A stretch of 64,000 nt of DNA from Trueperaceae bacterium. Its GTDB lineage: Bacteria; Deinococcota; Deinococci; Deinococcales; Trueperaceae. Location: NCBI GenBank assembly GCA_034520945.1, contig JAXHNB010000005.1, positions 416,001 to 480,000 on the forward strand, in the 5' to 3' direction. Shown in pieces: positions 18,258-32,213 of this stretch. Both the position numbers and the translations under genes were made by a program. Every line of letters begins with the position of its first letter. Positions within the stretch are counted from its first letter, which is position 1. The notes under the pieces are model-generated. The model did not search any database. It was not told the origin of the DNA and worked only from the letters and a program-made list of their open reading frames with translations.

Positions 18258-19940
18258 TCAGCCGGTGCCGGCGCCCTCCGCGGCGCTGCCGGCCAGGCGC
18301 GCGTACTTGTACAGCACGCCGCTGGTGTAGCGCGGTTCGGGCTCGCGCCAGGCGGCGCGGCGTTCGCGCAGTTCGGCCTCGTCCAGGTCGACGGACAGCA
18401 GGTTCCGATCCGCGTCGATGGTGATCAGATCGCCCTCCTGGAGCAGGCCGATCGGGCCGCCGACCGCCGCCTCCGGGGCGACGTGCCCGACCACCAGGCC
18501 GTAGGTGCCGCCCGAGAAGCGCCCGTCGGTGATCAAGCCGACCTTGTCGCCCAACCCGCGACCGACGATGGCGCTGGTCGGGGCCAGCATCTCGCGCATG
18601 CCGGGTCCGCCCTTGGGGCCCTCGTAGCGGATCACCACCACGTCGCCTTCTCGGATGCGGTCCTCGAGGATGGCCGCGAGTGCCTCCTCCTCGGATTCGA
18701 ACAGGCGGGCGGGTCCGGTCATGTGGGTGGTGGCCAGTCCGCTGGTCTTGGCGACGGCGCCCTCGGGGGCCAGGTTGCCCTTCAGGATCGCCAGGTGGCC
18801 GTGGGGGTACTTCGGCGCGTCGATGGGGACGACCACGTCCTGATCGTCCGGCGGACGGGCGGGCACGCCCTCGAGGTTCTCCGCCACGCTGGCGCCGGTG
18901 ACGGTGGGGAGGTCGCCGTGCAGCAGGCCGGCCTCGAGCAGCATCTTCATGATCAGCGGGATGCCGCCGACGCGGTGCAGGTCGGTGGTCACGTAGCGGC
19001 CGGAGGGTTTGAGATCGGCCACGTGCGGGGTATCGCGCCGGATGCGCTCGAAGTCGTCCAGGTCGAGGTCCACCTCGGCGGCGCGGGCGGCGGCGATCAG
19101 GTGCAACACGGCGTTGGTGGAGCCGCCGACCGCCATGATCACGCGGATGGCGTTCTCGAACGCCTCCTTGGTCATCATGGCGCGCGCGGTCAGATTCTCC
19201 TCGATCAGCCTCACGAGTTGCCGCCCGCTGGCCTCGGCGCTGGCGCGCTTCTCCGCGTCCTCCGCCGCCATCGTCGAGGCGTAGGGGAGGCTCAACCCCA
19301 TCGCTTCGAAGGCGCTGGACATGCTGTTGGCGGTGAACATGCCGCCGCAGCTGCCGTTGCCGGGGCAGGCGTGCTGCTCGGTGGCGCGGAAGGTGTCCAA
19401 CGGGATCCGCCCCGCCGCGTACTTTCCGACCGCCTCGAACACGCTGACGATGGTCAGATCCTCGCCGTCCAGGTGCCCGGGCTTGATGGTGCCGCCGTAC
19501 ACGAAGATCGAGGGGAGATCCAGCCGCGCCATGGCGATCATGGCGCCCGGCATGTTCTTGTCGCACCCGCCGACCGCCAGCACGCCGTCCATCGACTGGC
19601 CCCGGCACACCGACTCGATGGCGTCGGCGATGACCTCGCGCGAGACCAGGCTGCACTTCATGCCTTCGGTCCCCATGCTGATGCCGTCGCTGATGGTGAT
19701 GGTGCCGAACGTCTGCGGCATGCCGCCGGCGGCGCGGATCGCCGCTTCGCTGGCGTCGGACAGCTCGCCGAGCCCGGCGTTGCAGGGGGTGATGGTGCTG
19801 TGACCGTTGGCCACGCCGACGATGGGCTTCGCGAAGTCCGCGTCGGTGAAGCCGACGGCCCGAAGCATGGCACGGTTGGGGGCGCGTTGATCGCCGTGGG
19901 TGACGGCGCGGCTGTGACGGTTGGGGGCGTCGTGGCTCAT
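18258..19940 (-). CDS. ilvD: Dihydroxy-acid dehydratase
   Basis: [42 protein letters not shown] and TDGRFSG motifs. Confidence 0.97.
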   Translation of the reverse strand: MSHDAPNRHSRAVTHGDQRAPNRAMLRAVGFTDADFAKPIVGVANGHSTITPCNAGLGELSDASEAAIRAAGGMPQTFGTITISDGISMGTEGMKCSLVSREVIADAIESVCRGQSMDGVLAVGGCDKNMPGAMIAMARLDLPSIFVYGGTIKPGHLDGEDLTIVSVFEAVGKYAAGRIPLDTFRATEQHACPGNGSCGGMFTANSMSSAFEAMGLSLPYASTMAAEDAEKRASAEASGRQLVRLIEENLTARAMMTKEAFENAIRVIMAVGGSTNAVLHLIAAARAAEVDLDLDDFERIRRDTPHVADLKPSGRYVTTDLHRVGGIPLIMKMLLEAGLLHGDLPTVTGASVAENLEGVPARPPDDQDVVVPIDAPKYPHGHLAILKGNLAPEGAVAKTSGLATTHMTGPARLFESEEEALAAILEDRIREGDVVVIRYEGPKGGPGMREMLAPTSAIVGRGLGDKVGLITDGRFSGGTYGLVVGHVAPEAAVGGPIGLLQEGDLITIDADRNLLSVDLDEAELRERRAAWREPEPRYTSGVLYKYARLAGSAAEGAGTG

Positions 19941-19991
19941 GGGCGGGGCTCCTCCGGGGAGAACGTAGAGGTCGGTGGGGTGGGGGCGTGC

Positions 19992-21170
19992 CTAGGTGGC
20001 GAGGCCGCGAAGGCGGTCGATGGCGGCGTGCAAATCCGCGTCCGGTTTGCAGAACGCCAGGCGAACCCAGGACGCCGCCAGGTGCCGATGCGCCTCGCAG
20101 TAGAAGGCACTGGGCGGGATGGCGCCGACGCCGGCGCGGGGGGGCAGGTCGCGACAGAGTTCGACGTCGTCGGGGTAGCCCAACGCCGACGCGTCCGCCA
20201 TCACGAAGTAGCCCCCCTCGGGCATGACGGCGCGTAGCGGGGTCTGGTTCAGGCCGTCGACCAGCGTGCGGGCGCTGGCGTGAAACCCCCGCGGGAGCGC
20301 GCGCCAGTACGCGTCGTCCCGGTCACGAGCATGGCGGAGCGAGGCGGCGGCGGCGCGCTGCAGCGGCGTGGCGACGGCGAAGGGGATCCACTGGTGGGCC
20401 ATGCGGAGCGCATGAACCAGCGGCTCGGGCCCGACCGCCCAGCCGATCTTCCACCCCGTCGCCGAGAAGCTCTTGCCGAAGCTGGAGATGCTCAGCGTGC
20501 GTTCCCAGGCGCCCGGCCGGGTCGCCAGCCGCAGCGTGTCCTCGAACGCCAGGTGCTCGTACACCTCGTCGCTGAGCAGCAGCGCGTCCACGCGGGCCGC
20601 TTCGGCCACGACGGCGTCCAGCTCGGCCGCGCGGAACACGGTGCCGGTCGGGTTGTGCGGGGTGTTCACCACGATCATGCGGGTCCGCGGCCCCACGGCG
20701 GCGTGGAGCTCGCTGGGGTCGAAGGTCCAGCGGCCGTCCGGCCCGGGATGCAGCGGAACGTACACCGGGACGCCGCCGGCCATGGTCACGTCCGCTGGGT
20801 AGGCGTCGTAGAACGGCTCGAACAACACCACCTCGTCGCCGGGCTCCACGAACGCCTGCATGGCGGCGAACAACGCCTCGGTCGCGCCGACGGTGACCTG
20901 CACGTGGGCCAGAGGGTCCAGCTCGCGTCCCAGCCAGCGGCCGTGATCGAACGCGACCTCGCGCCGCAGCTTCGGGTCGCCGGGCAGGGGGGCGTACTGC
21001 TGCGGACCGTCCGCGGCGTCGCGGAGCGCCTCCCGCACGAACTCGGGCGGGCCGCCCGACGGGAAGCCCTGGCCCAGGTCGATCGCGCCGTGCTCATTGG
21101 CGTAGCGGCTGTAGACGGCGAAGACCGTCTCATCGAAATCCGCCACGCGCCGGGCCGGCCGCGGGCTCAC
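19992..21170 (-). CDS. Class I/II PLP aminotransferase (YbdL / kynurenine-glutamine transaminase-like)
   Basis: DLGQGFP, GATEAL, EPFYDAY, NTPHNPTG, SDEVYE and SFGKSFSATGWKIGW motifs. Confidence 0.92.
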   Translation of the reverse strand: MSPRPARRVADFDETVFAVYSRYANEHGAIDLGQGFPSGGPPEFVREALRDAADGPQQYAPLPGDPKLRREVAFDHGRWLGRELDPLAHVQVTVGATEALFAAMQAFVEPGDEVVLFEPFYDAYPADVTMAGGVPVYVPLHPGPDGRWTFDPSELHAAVGPRTRMIVVNTPHNPTGTVFRAAELDAVVAEAARVDALLLSDEVYEHLAFEDTLRLATRPGAWERTLSISSFGKSFSATGWKIGWAVGPEPLVHALRMAHQWIPFAVATPLQRAAAASLRHARDRDDAYWRALPRGFHASARTLVDGLNQTPLRAVMPEGGYFVMADASALGYPDDVELCRDLPPRAGVGAIPPSAFYCEAHRHLAASWVRLAFCKPDADLHAAIDRLRGLAT

Positions 21171-22270
21171 CCGCGCGCCCCGTCTGGGTCCGCCTGTGCC
21201 GTGCGCCGGGCCGGGAGCGCCGCGATGACCGCCTCGGTGAAGGCGTCGGTCCCGCGCGTGCCGCCCAGGTCCACGGTGGCGTCGTCGCTCAATGCGGTGC
21301 GCACCGCCTCGTGCACGTCGCGGGCCGCTTCGGACAGGTCCAGCCCGTGTTCCAGCATCATCGCGACGCTGAGGATGGTGCCGACCGGGTTGGCGATGCC
21401 CTTGCCGGCAATGTCGGGGGCGCTGCCGTGGACCGGCTCGAACAGGCCGGTCGCCCCGCCGAGGCTGGCGGAGGGCAGCACGCCCAACGAGCCGGGGATG
21501 ACGGCGGCGAGGTCGGAGAGGATGTCGCCGAACAGATTGCCGGTCACGATGGTGTCGAACTGGCGGGGGTCGCGCGCGATCTGCATGGCCGCGTTGTCCA
21601 CGTAGACGTGCTCGATCGTGACGTCGGGGTACGCGCTCTGGCCGACGCCGACCAGCACGTCCCGCCAGAACTGCGACACGTCCAGCACGTTGGCCTTGTC
21701 GACGTTCGTCAACGTCCCGCCGCGCCTGCGGGCGGTCTCGAACCCGACCCGCGCGATCCGTTCGACCTCGTCGCGCCCATACGCCATGGTGGACACGCCG
21801 CGGTCTTCGGTCGCCTCCGAGGGGCGGCCGAAGTAGATGCCGCCGGTCAGTTCGCGGATGATGAGCAGGTCGGTGCCGCGGGCCACCTCGGGCTTGAGCG
21901 GACTGAGCCGTTCGAGCCCCTCGAAGACCTGGATGGGCCGAAGGTTGGCGTACACGCCCAGGTGGCGCCGGAGGCCCAGGATGCCGCTCTCGACGCGCTG
22001 GGCGCGGGGGAGCCGGTTCCAGGGGTGGTCCTGGGGCCCGCCCGCCGAGCCCATCAGCACCGCGTCGGCGGCGCTGGCGCCCTCGCGCGTCTGGGGCGGG
22101 AGCGGTTCGCCGTGCGCCTCGATCGCCGCGCCGCCGAAGGGGTACCGCGGCGTGTCGAACCTCAGGCCGTGGCGGTCCGCCACCGCGTCCAGAACCCGCA
22201 GCGAGGCATCGATCACTTCGGGGCCGATGAAGTCGCCCGGCAGGACGGCGACGACGTAGCTGCGGCTCAC
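21167..22270 (-). CDS. leuB: 3-isopropylmalate dehydrogenase
   Basis: GDFIGPEV, NLRP, RELTGGIYFG, DKANVL, NLFGDILSD and EPVHGSAPDIAG motifs. Confidence 0.96.
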   Translation of the reverse strand: MSRSYVVAVLPGDFIGPEVIDASLRVLDAVADRHGLRFDTPRYPFGGAAIEAHGEPLPPQTREGASAADAVLMGSAGGPQDHPWNRLPRAQRVESGILGLRRHLGVYANLRPIQVFEGLERLSPLKPEVARGTDLLIIRELTGGIYFGRPSEATEDRGVSTMAYGRDEVERIARVGFETARRRGGTLTNVDKANVLDVSQFWRDVLVGVGQSAYPDVTIEHVYVDNAAMQIARDPRQFDTIVTGNLFGDILSDLAAVIPGSLGVLPSASLGGATGLFEPVHGSAPDIAGKGIANPVGTILSVAMMLEHGLDLSEAARDVHEAVRTALSDDATVDLGGTRGTDAFTEAVIAALPARRTAQADPDGARG

Positions 22271-22877
22271 GCTGCCTCCGTCCCGCCGTAGCCGAGGCGG
22301 GCGGCCAGCGCGGCGGCGTCGTCCCGGGCCGTCAGAAGCTCGCTCAGGGGGTCCCAGCGGCCCTCCAGCAGGGCGCTGCGAGCCCCGTCCGGCAGGTGGG
22401 CGGGGAACAGCTGGTCGCCGGCGCGGACCTCGCGCCCGGCGACGTCGACGGTGACCTCGGTGTCCGGGGCGCGCCGAAGCAGCGCCTGCAGCGTGCCGAG
22501 GTCGTCGGGAGACAGGGTCACGCAGGGCATGCCGAGCGTAAGGGCGTTGCCGAAGAAGATCTCGGCGAAGCTGCTGGCGATCACCGCGCGGAAGCCGGCC
22601 TTGTGGATGGATTGCGGTGCGTGCTCGCGGCTGCTGCCGCAGCCGAAGTTGTCGCCGCTCACCAAAACCTTGGCGTGCTCGGCGCCGGGCGCGTTGAGCG
22701 GATGGTCCTTGGGGGTGCCGTCCTCCTCGTAGCGTTCGTCGTGGAACAACTGCGGCCCCAGGGCGTCGAAGGTGACGCACTTCAAGAAGCGCGCCGGGAT
22801 GATCCGGTCGGTGTCGATGTCGTCGCCGGGCACCACCACCGCCGTGCCACGAATCTCGGAGATGTTCTCGAGCTCGG

Positions 22878-22881
<4 letters not shown>
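22267..22881 (-). CDS. leuD: 3-isopropylmalate dehydratase small subunit
   Basis: [20 protein letters not shown] and FAEIF motifs; ATGA overlap. Confidence 0.96.
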
Positions 22882-24314
<1,433 letters not shown>

Positions 24315-24416
24315 CGTCTCTCCCTGAACTCGCGAGGGGGGTGCGTGGGGGGTGGTGCGTGGGTTCGGGCCGTGCGGTGTCGTGGGCGAGCGGCCGGGTG
24401 GGATCGGCGGCCAACG

Positions 24417-24447
24417 AAAAACGCCCACGACCGGCGGGGGTCGGGGC
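24417..24447 (-). terminator. Intrinsic terminator in the leu leader (attenuator)
   Basis: Minus strand gccccgacc-cccgcc-ggtcgtgggc (one bulge) followed by gTTTTT. Confidence 0.75.
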
Positions 24448-24474
24448 GGGGCGGGCACGCACGCGATCAGGTCG

Positions 24475-24576
24475 TCACGACGAGTGGCCGGCCCCCCTCG
24501 CGAACGCTAGCAGGTGGGTGTGCGTGTGGCGGATCACGCGGAGGCGCGGGCGGGCGTGCCGGGAACCGAACGACAT
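24475..24576 (-). CDS. Putative leu operon leader peptide, 33 aa ([33 protein letters not shown])
   Basis: ATG 8 nt after TATACT; tandem CTG-CTA Leu codons (CTA is rare at this GC content); followed by a terminator. Confidence 0.75.
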   Translation of the reverse strand: MSFGSRHARPRLRVIRHTHTHLLAFARGAGHSS

Positions 24577-24584
24577 CGTCCGCG

Positions 24585-24613
24585 AGTATACGGCCGGCCC
24601 TCCGGGGTGTCAA
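24585..24613 (-). promoter_or_regulatory. Near-consensus sigma70 promoter of the leu operon
   Basis: Minus strand TTGACA (24613-24608), 17 nt, TATACT (24590-24585). Confidence 0.88.
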
Positions 24614-24808
24614 CGCATTCGTCACCCACGCGCGCACGGCATCGGGCGCGACCTGCGCCCCCACCCCCCTCGGCAGTGCTACGCTCGTACAGGCGTTTCA
24701 GCTTCGACCCTGTGTTGCCCCCGCCGACCCGCGGCGACGCATCACGGATCTCATCGCACCGGGCCACCGCAGGGCGTGCTGTCACGTGAGCCTAGAAGGA
24801 GGTCACGC

Positions 24809-25807
24809 ATGATCGTACGCACATCGTTGCCCAATCTTCGCGTCTGGTTCGGGGGGGCGCTGGCCCTCGCCTTCCTGCTGCTGGCGTCCTCCGCCTTCGC
24901 GCAGGACGAATGCAGCAACCGGGGGGCCTTGGCCGACCGCTACTGCGACGCGGACGGCGACCTGACCGCCGATCGTCCCGAAGACGAGAGCGAATGGGTG
25001 AACCCCGACACCATCGTGTTCGCGTACACGCCCGTCGAGGACCCCGCCATCTACCAGGACATCTGGCAGCCGTTCATCGACCACCTCGAAGAGGTCACCG
25101 GCCGCAACGTGCGGTTCTTCGCGGTGCAATCCAACTCGGCGCAGGTCGAGGCGATGCGCAGCGGCCGCCTGCACGTCGCCGGCTTCTCGACCGGGCCGAC
25201 CCCGTTCGCGGTGAACCTGGCGGGGTACGTGCCCTTCGCGCTGATGGGCAGCGAGGACGGCCGCTTCGGCTACACCCTGCAGCTCTACACCCGGAAGGAC
25301 AGCGGCATCGACTCGATCGAGGAGATCGCGGGCAAGCGCGTCGCGCACACCTCGCCGACCTCCAACTCGGGCAACCAGGCGCCGCGCGCCCTGTTCCCCG
25401 CCGAAGGGGTCGTGCCGGGCGAGGACTACGAGGTGGTGTTCTCCGGAAGCCACGACCAGTCCATGCTCGGCGTGGTCGCGGGCGACTACGACGCCGCGCC
25501 GGTGGCCTCCGAGGTGGTCGACCGCATGGCCGACCGCGGCCTGTACGATCCCGACGAGGTCAAGATCCTCTTTGAATCGCGCGCGTTCCCGACCACCTCG
25601 TACGGCTACGCGCACAACCTCCATCCCGACCTCGTGGCCAGCATCGAGGAGGCGTTCTTCAGCTTCGAGTTCGCCGGCACCGAGCTCGGCGAGGAGTTCG
25701 AGGGCGTGGACAAGTTCATTCCCATCACCTACCAGGAGGACTGGGAGGTCATCCGGCAGATCCAGGAGTTCAACGACGTGGAGTACACGCAAGAGGGCCT
25801 GCAGTAA
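24809..25807 (+). CDS. Phosphate/phosphite/phosphonate ABC substrate-binding protein (PhnD-like), acidic
   Basis: Signal peptide; STG and SPTSNSG ligand motifs, SGSHD; AGGAGG SD. Confidence 0.9.
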   Translation: MIVRTSLPNLRVWFGGALALAFLLLASSAFAQDECSNRGALADRYCDADGDLTADRPEDESEWVNPDTIVFAYTPVEDPAIYQDIWQPFIDHLEEVTGRNVRFFAVQSNSAQVEAMRSGRLHVAGFSTGPTPFAVNLAGYVPFALMGSEDGRFGYTLQLYTRKDSGIDSIEEIAGKRVAHTSPTSNSGNQAPRALFPAEGVVPGEDYEVVFSGSHDQSMLGVVAGDYDAAPVASEVVDRMADRGLYDPDEVKILFESRAFPTTSYGYAHNLHPDLVASIEEAFFSFEFAGTELGEEFEGVDKFIPITYQEDWEVIRQIQEFNDVEYTQEGLQ

Positions 25808-25813
25808 CGCTCG

Positions 25814-25848
25814 GCGGCGGACGGTCCCCAGCGCGGGATCGTCCGCCG
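25814..25848 (+). other. Intercistronic hairpin after the binding-protein gene
   Basis: gcggcggacggtccc-agcgc-gggatcgtccgccgc (one G-U pair). Confidence 0.65.
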
Positions 25849-25883
25849 CACCCCTATTTGATGACACGTAGGAACGGACGTCC

Positions 25884-26669
25884 ATGCTGATCATCCGCGA
25901 CCTGTACAAACGCTACGGATCCGGCGAACTGGTGCTGCAGGGGCTGGACCTCACGGTCGAGCAGAACGCGCTGACGGCGATCATCGGTTCGTCGGGGGCG
26001 GGGAAGAGCACGCTGCTTCGCTGCGTAAACCGGTTGGTCGAGCCCACCTCGGGCTCGATCGAACTGAACGGCCTCGAGATCACCGGCCTTCGTGGCGTCG
26101 ACCTTCGCCGCGCCCGGCGCCGCATCGGCATGGTGTTCCAGGCGTTCAACCTGCTGGACCGCCTCACGGTGATGGAGAACGTGCTGGCGGGCCGCCTGGG
26201 CTACGTGGGGTTCTGGCGCGCCTACGCGCGGCGCTACCCCCAGTCCGACGTGGACCGCGCGTATCAGCTGCTGACCCGCGTCGGGCTGGCGCAGTACGTC
26301 AACACCCGCGCCGACGCGCTCTCGGGCGGCGAGCGCCAGCGGGTCGGGGTGGTGCGCGCGCTGATGCAGAACCCCGAGATCATTCTCGCCGACGAGCCGA
26401 CCGCCTCGCTGGACCCCAAGACGGCCGAGGACATCATGCGGCTGCTTCAGGAGCTGGCCGACGAGCTGTCGCTGCCCGTCCTGATCAACATCCACAACGT
26501 GGCGCAGGCCAAGGCGTACGCCGCGCGCATCGTGGGGTTGCGCTTCGGCCGCGTGATCTTCGACGGGCGTCCCGCCGAGCTGGACGACACCGCGTTCGAG
26601 CAGATCTATGCCGGCACGCTGGACGAAGCCGAAGTGACCGGTCAGGCACCCGGCACCGCGCAGGCATGA
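25884..26669 (+). CDS. phnC: Phosphonate-type ABC ATPase
   Basis: GSSGAGKST, ENVLAGRLG, LSGGERQR and ADEPTASLDP motifs. Confidence 0.92.
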   Translation: MLIIRDLYKRYGSGELVLQGLDLTVEQNALTAIIGSSGAGKSTLLRCVNRLVEPTSGSIELNGLEITGLRGVDLRRARRRIGMVFQAFNLLDRLTVMENVLAGRLGYVGFWRAYARRYPQSDVDRAYQLLTRVGLAQYVNTRADALSGGERQRVGVVRALMQNPEIILADEPTASLDPKTAEDIMRLLQELADELSLPVLINIHNVAQAKAYAARIVGLRFGRVIFDGRPAELDDTAFEQIYAGTLDEAEVTGQAPGTAQA

Positions 26670-27469
26670 TGGCGTCCGCAGGGGCCCCCTACCGCTGGCG
26701 CCGGCCGCCGTTCATTTCCAACCCGCTGCTTCGCTACGGCCTCTACGTGGGGATCGTCGCCTACTTGGTGTGGGCCCTCAGCTCCATACCCTTCAACTTG
26801 GAACGCATCGCGGAGGGGATCCCGCGCGCCGCACAGATCTTCGGCGGCGGCATCCCGCCCGACTTCTCTCGTTGGCAACTGCTGTTCAGCGGCTTCATGG
26901 AAAGCATCCAGATCGCTCTGGTCGCTTCGGCGATCGGCGTGTTGCTCAGTATCCCCGCGGCGATCATGTCGGCGCGGAACGTGGCGCCGCTGCCGGTGTT
27001 CGCCCTGGGACGCGCCCTGGTGATCACCGCGCGCAGCTTCCATCCCGTCATCGTGGCGATCATCTTCGTCAAGGCGGTCGGGTTCGGCGCCCTTGCCGGG
27101 ATGCTGACGTTGATCGTGTACACGCTCGGGTTCGTCGGCAAGCTGCTGGCCGAAGCGATCGAAGAGATCGACTGGGGCCAGGTGGAGGCCATGCAGGCCA
27201 GCGGCGCTGGCTACTTCAAGGTCCTCGCCTACGGGGTGATGCCGCAGATCATGCCGCGCCAGATCGGCCTGACCCTGTACCAGTTGGACATCAACCTCCG
27301 CGCCTCCACGGTGGTCGGCATCGTCGGCGCGGGTGGCATCGGCGGGACGCTCATGAACGCGTTCGGGCGCTACGACTACGACTTCGCGCTGGCGATCCTG
27401 CTCGTGATCATCGCGGTGGTGTTCGCGACCGAGGCGGTCAGCGGCCGCATCCGGCGGAACATCTCGTGA
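26666..27469 (+). CDS. phnE: Phosphonate-type ABC permease
   Basis: GKLLAEAIEE, VEAM..SGA and DINLRASTVVGIVGAGGIG motifs. Confidence 0.92.
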   Translation: MMASAGAPYRWRRPPFISNPLLRYGLYVGIVAYLVWALSSIPFNLERIAEGIPRAAQIFGGGIPPDFSRWQLLFSGFMESIQIALVASAIGVLLSIPAAIMSARNVAPLPVFALGRALVITARSFHPVIVAIIFVKAVGFGALAGMLTLIVYTLGFVGKLLAEAIEEIDWGQVEAMQASGAGYFKVLAYGVMPQIMPRQIGLTLYQLDINLRASTVVGIVGAGGIGGTLMNAFGRYDYDFALAILLVIIAVVFATEAVSGRIRRNIS

Positions 27470-28269
27470 CCGGCGAGCAGGCGACCGCCTACCGCTGGAG
27501 GCGACGGGGGACGCGCGAGACGCTGGTGCGCTTCGCGGTGTACCTGGGCGCGGTCGCGGTGCTGGTGTGGGCCGTGCTCGATCTGGACATCTTCTGGCCG
27601 TGGGTGGTCGACGCGCCCATCCAGATGGCGGACCTGCTGGGCCGCATGGTCCCGCCCGACGTGTCGACGCTGGACCTGATCGGCGCTGCGATGCTGCAGA
27701 CCATCCACATCGCCACGCTGGCGACCCTGCTGGCGTTGATCCTCGCCATGCCGGTCGCCTACCTGGCCGCGCAGAACACCACCCCGAACTCGTTCACGCT
27801 GGCGTTGGGACGGCTGGTGGTCGTGTCCACGCGCTCGGTGAACACCATCATCTGGGCGTTGCTGTTCGTCGCCATCTTCGGGCCCGGCCCCCTGGCGGGC
27901 ATCCTGGCGGTCGCGTTCCGCTCCATCGGGTTCCTCGGCAAGCTGGTGGCCGAATCGATCGAGGAGACCGACCGGAAGCCGGTCGAAGCGATGGAGGCCA
28001 CCGGCGCCAGCAAGGCCAAGGTGATCGCCTACGCCATCGTGCCCCAGGTCATGCCGACCTTCTTCGCGGTGGCCATCCTGCGGTGGGACATCAACATCCG
28101 CGAGTCGACGGTGCTGGGACTGGTGGGGGCGGGCGGGATCGGCCTGCTGTTGCAGGGCGCGATCGACACCTTCAAATGGCAGGAGGTCGCCACCATCCTG
28201 ATCGCCATCCTGCTGGTGGTGGTGGCGGGCGAGTTCGTGTCCGGCTGGTTGCGCCGCAAGGTGATCTGA
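27466..28269 (+). CDS. phnE: Phosphonate-type ABC permease (second copy)
   Basis: GKLVAESIEE and DINIRESTVLGLVGAGGIG motifs; GTGA overlap. Confidence 0.92.
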   Translation: MTGEQATAYRWRRRGTRETLVRFAVYLGAVAVLVWAVLDLDIFWPWVVDAPIQMADLLGRMVPPDVSTLDLIGAAMLQTIHIATLATLLALILAMPVAYLAAQNTTPNSFTLALGRLVVVSTRSVNTIIWALLFVAIFGPGPLAGILAVAFRSIGFLGKLVAESIEETDRKPVEAMEATGASKAKVIAYAIVPQVMPTFFAVAILRWDINIRESTVLGLVGAGGIGLLLQGAIDTFKWQEVATILIAILLVVVAGEFVSGWLRRKVI

Positions 28270-28291
28270 GCGGAGGCGCGTCCGTGTCGGA

Positions 28292-29512
28292 TCAGCGGCG
28301 GCCGCGCCCGAATCCGCCGCGGCCGTCCCTGCCGCGGCCGTCCGGCGGGTCGATGGGGGCCGGCGCGTCCATCGGTCGTGCGCCCGGCGCTTGGCGCGCC
28401 GCCTCGGCGCTGCCGGCCAAGCCGCCGCTCTCGACCAGCCGTTCGAACTCCTTGGGGTCGACCGCGCGCGAGCGCCCCATCTCGAACGAGATCTTGCGCT
28501 TCAGGTGCAGGTTGGCGAGGCATGCGTCCATCGCCAGCATGCCCACCTGCCCGCCGGTCTGGATCACCGTCATGATCTGGTGGCTCTTTCCCTCGCGCAC
28601 CAGGTTCCGCAGCGCCGGGGTGGCCAGCAGGAACTCGTAGGCCAGCACCCGGCCGTTCCCCGTCTGCGGCTTCAGCAGTTGCTGGGTGAGGATCGCCTGC
28701 AGGTTGTTGGCCAGCTGGACGCGCACCTGCTCCTGCTGCGCTTCGGGGAACACGTCGATGATGCGGTCGATCGCCTCCGAGGCGCTGTTGGTGTGCAGGG
28801 TCCCCATCACCAGGTGGCCCGTCTCGGCGGCGGTGACGGCGGCGCCGATCGTTTCATAGTCGCGCATCTCGCCCACCAGGATCACGTCCGGCGCTTGGCG
28901 CAGCACGCTGCGCAGGGCCGCATGGAAGTTCGCGGTGTCCTCGCCGATCTCGCGCTGGTTCACCACCGAGGTCTTGTGCCGGTGAAAGAACTCGATGGGG
29001 TCCTCGACGGTGACGATGTGCCGCGGGTACTCCTCGTTGATGAGGTCGACCATGGTCGCCAGGGTGGTGGACTTGCCCGAGCCGGTCGGGCCGGTGACCA
29101 GCACCAGCCCGCGCGGGAGCCGCGCCACGTCGGCGACCTCCTTGGGGAGGCCGAGCTGGTCGAAGGTGAGCACCTCCTCGCTGATGGTGCGCATCACCCC
29201 GCCGACCGAGCCGCGCTGCTGGAACACGTTCACGCGGAAGCGGCCCTGGCCGGAGAGGCTGAACGAGAAGTCGAGGTCCTTGCGCTCCTCGAAGTTGCGT
29301 TGCTTCTTCTCGTCCATGATCGAGTACATCAAGCGGCGCGTCATGTTGGGTGTCAGCGGATCGTGCTCGGTGGGGCGCCACTCGCCGTCGACCTTGAGCA
29401 TGGGCGGCAGGCCGACCGTGAGCAGGAGGTCGGACGCGCCCCGCTCGACGGCGGAGCGAAGCAGGTCGACGATGTCCACCTGGAGTTGCGTCTGACGAAT
29501 CTGGTCGGCCAT
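28292..29512 (-). CDS. pilT: Type IV pilus retraction ATPase
   Basis: ASDL, GPTGSGKSTT, EDPIE, LRQAPDVILVGEMRD, AAETGH and AIDRIID motifs. Confidence 0.95.
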   Translation of the reverse strand: MADQIRQTQLQVDIVDLLRSAVERGASDLLLTVGLPPMLKVDGEWRPTEHDPLTPNMTRRLMYSIMDEKKQRNFEERKDLDFSFSLSGQGRFRVNVFQQRGSVGGVMRTISEEVLTFDQLGLPKEVADVARLPRGLVLVTGPTGSGKSTTLATMVDLINEEYPRHIVTVEDPIEFFHRHKTSVVNQREIGEDTANFHAALRSVLRQAPDVILVGEMRDYETIGAAVTAAETGHLVMGTLHTNSASEAIDRIIDVFPEAQQEQVRVQLANNLQAILTQQLLKPQTGNGRVLAYEFLLATPALRNLVREGKSHQIMTVIQTGGQVGMLAMDACLANLHLKRKISFEMGRSRAVDPKEFERLVESGGLAGSAEAARQAPGARPMDAPAPIDPPDGRGRDGRGGFGRGRR

Positions 29513-29552
29513 GGGGGTCCCTTCCGGGTCGGAGGGGTGGTGCGCGCGGCGC

Positions 29553-32190
<2,638 letters not shown>

Positions 32191-32213
<23 letters not shown>

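Noticed and set aside
17445..20237. Very long antisense or alternative-frame ORFs (e.g. 17445-20237 +, 29511-32285 +, 47019-49214 +, 9644-11770 -)
   Set aside because: These are shadows of real genes caused by stop-codon scarcity at very high GC; the translations are low-complexity or mirror-codon and have no family motifs
24315..24600. T-box riboswitch upstream of leuC (likewise upstream of trpB)
   Set aside because: No T-box consensus (AAGGTGGNACC-like) on the coding strand; the leader-peptide model fits better
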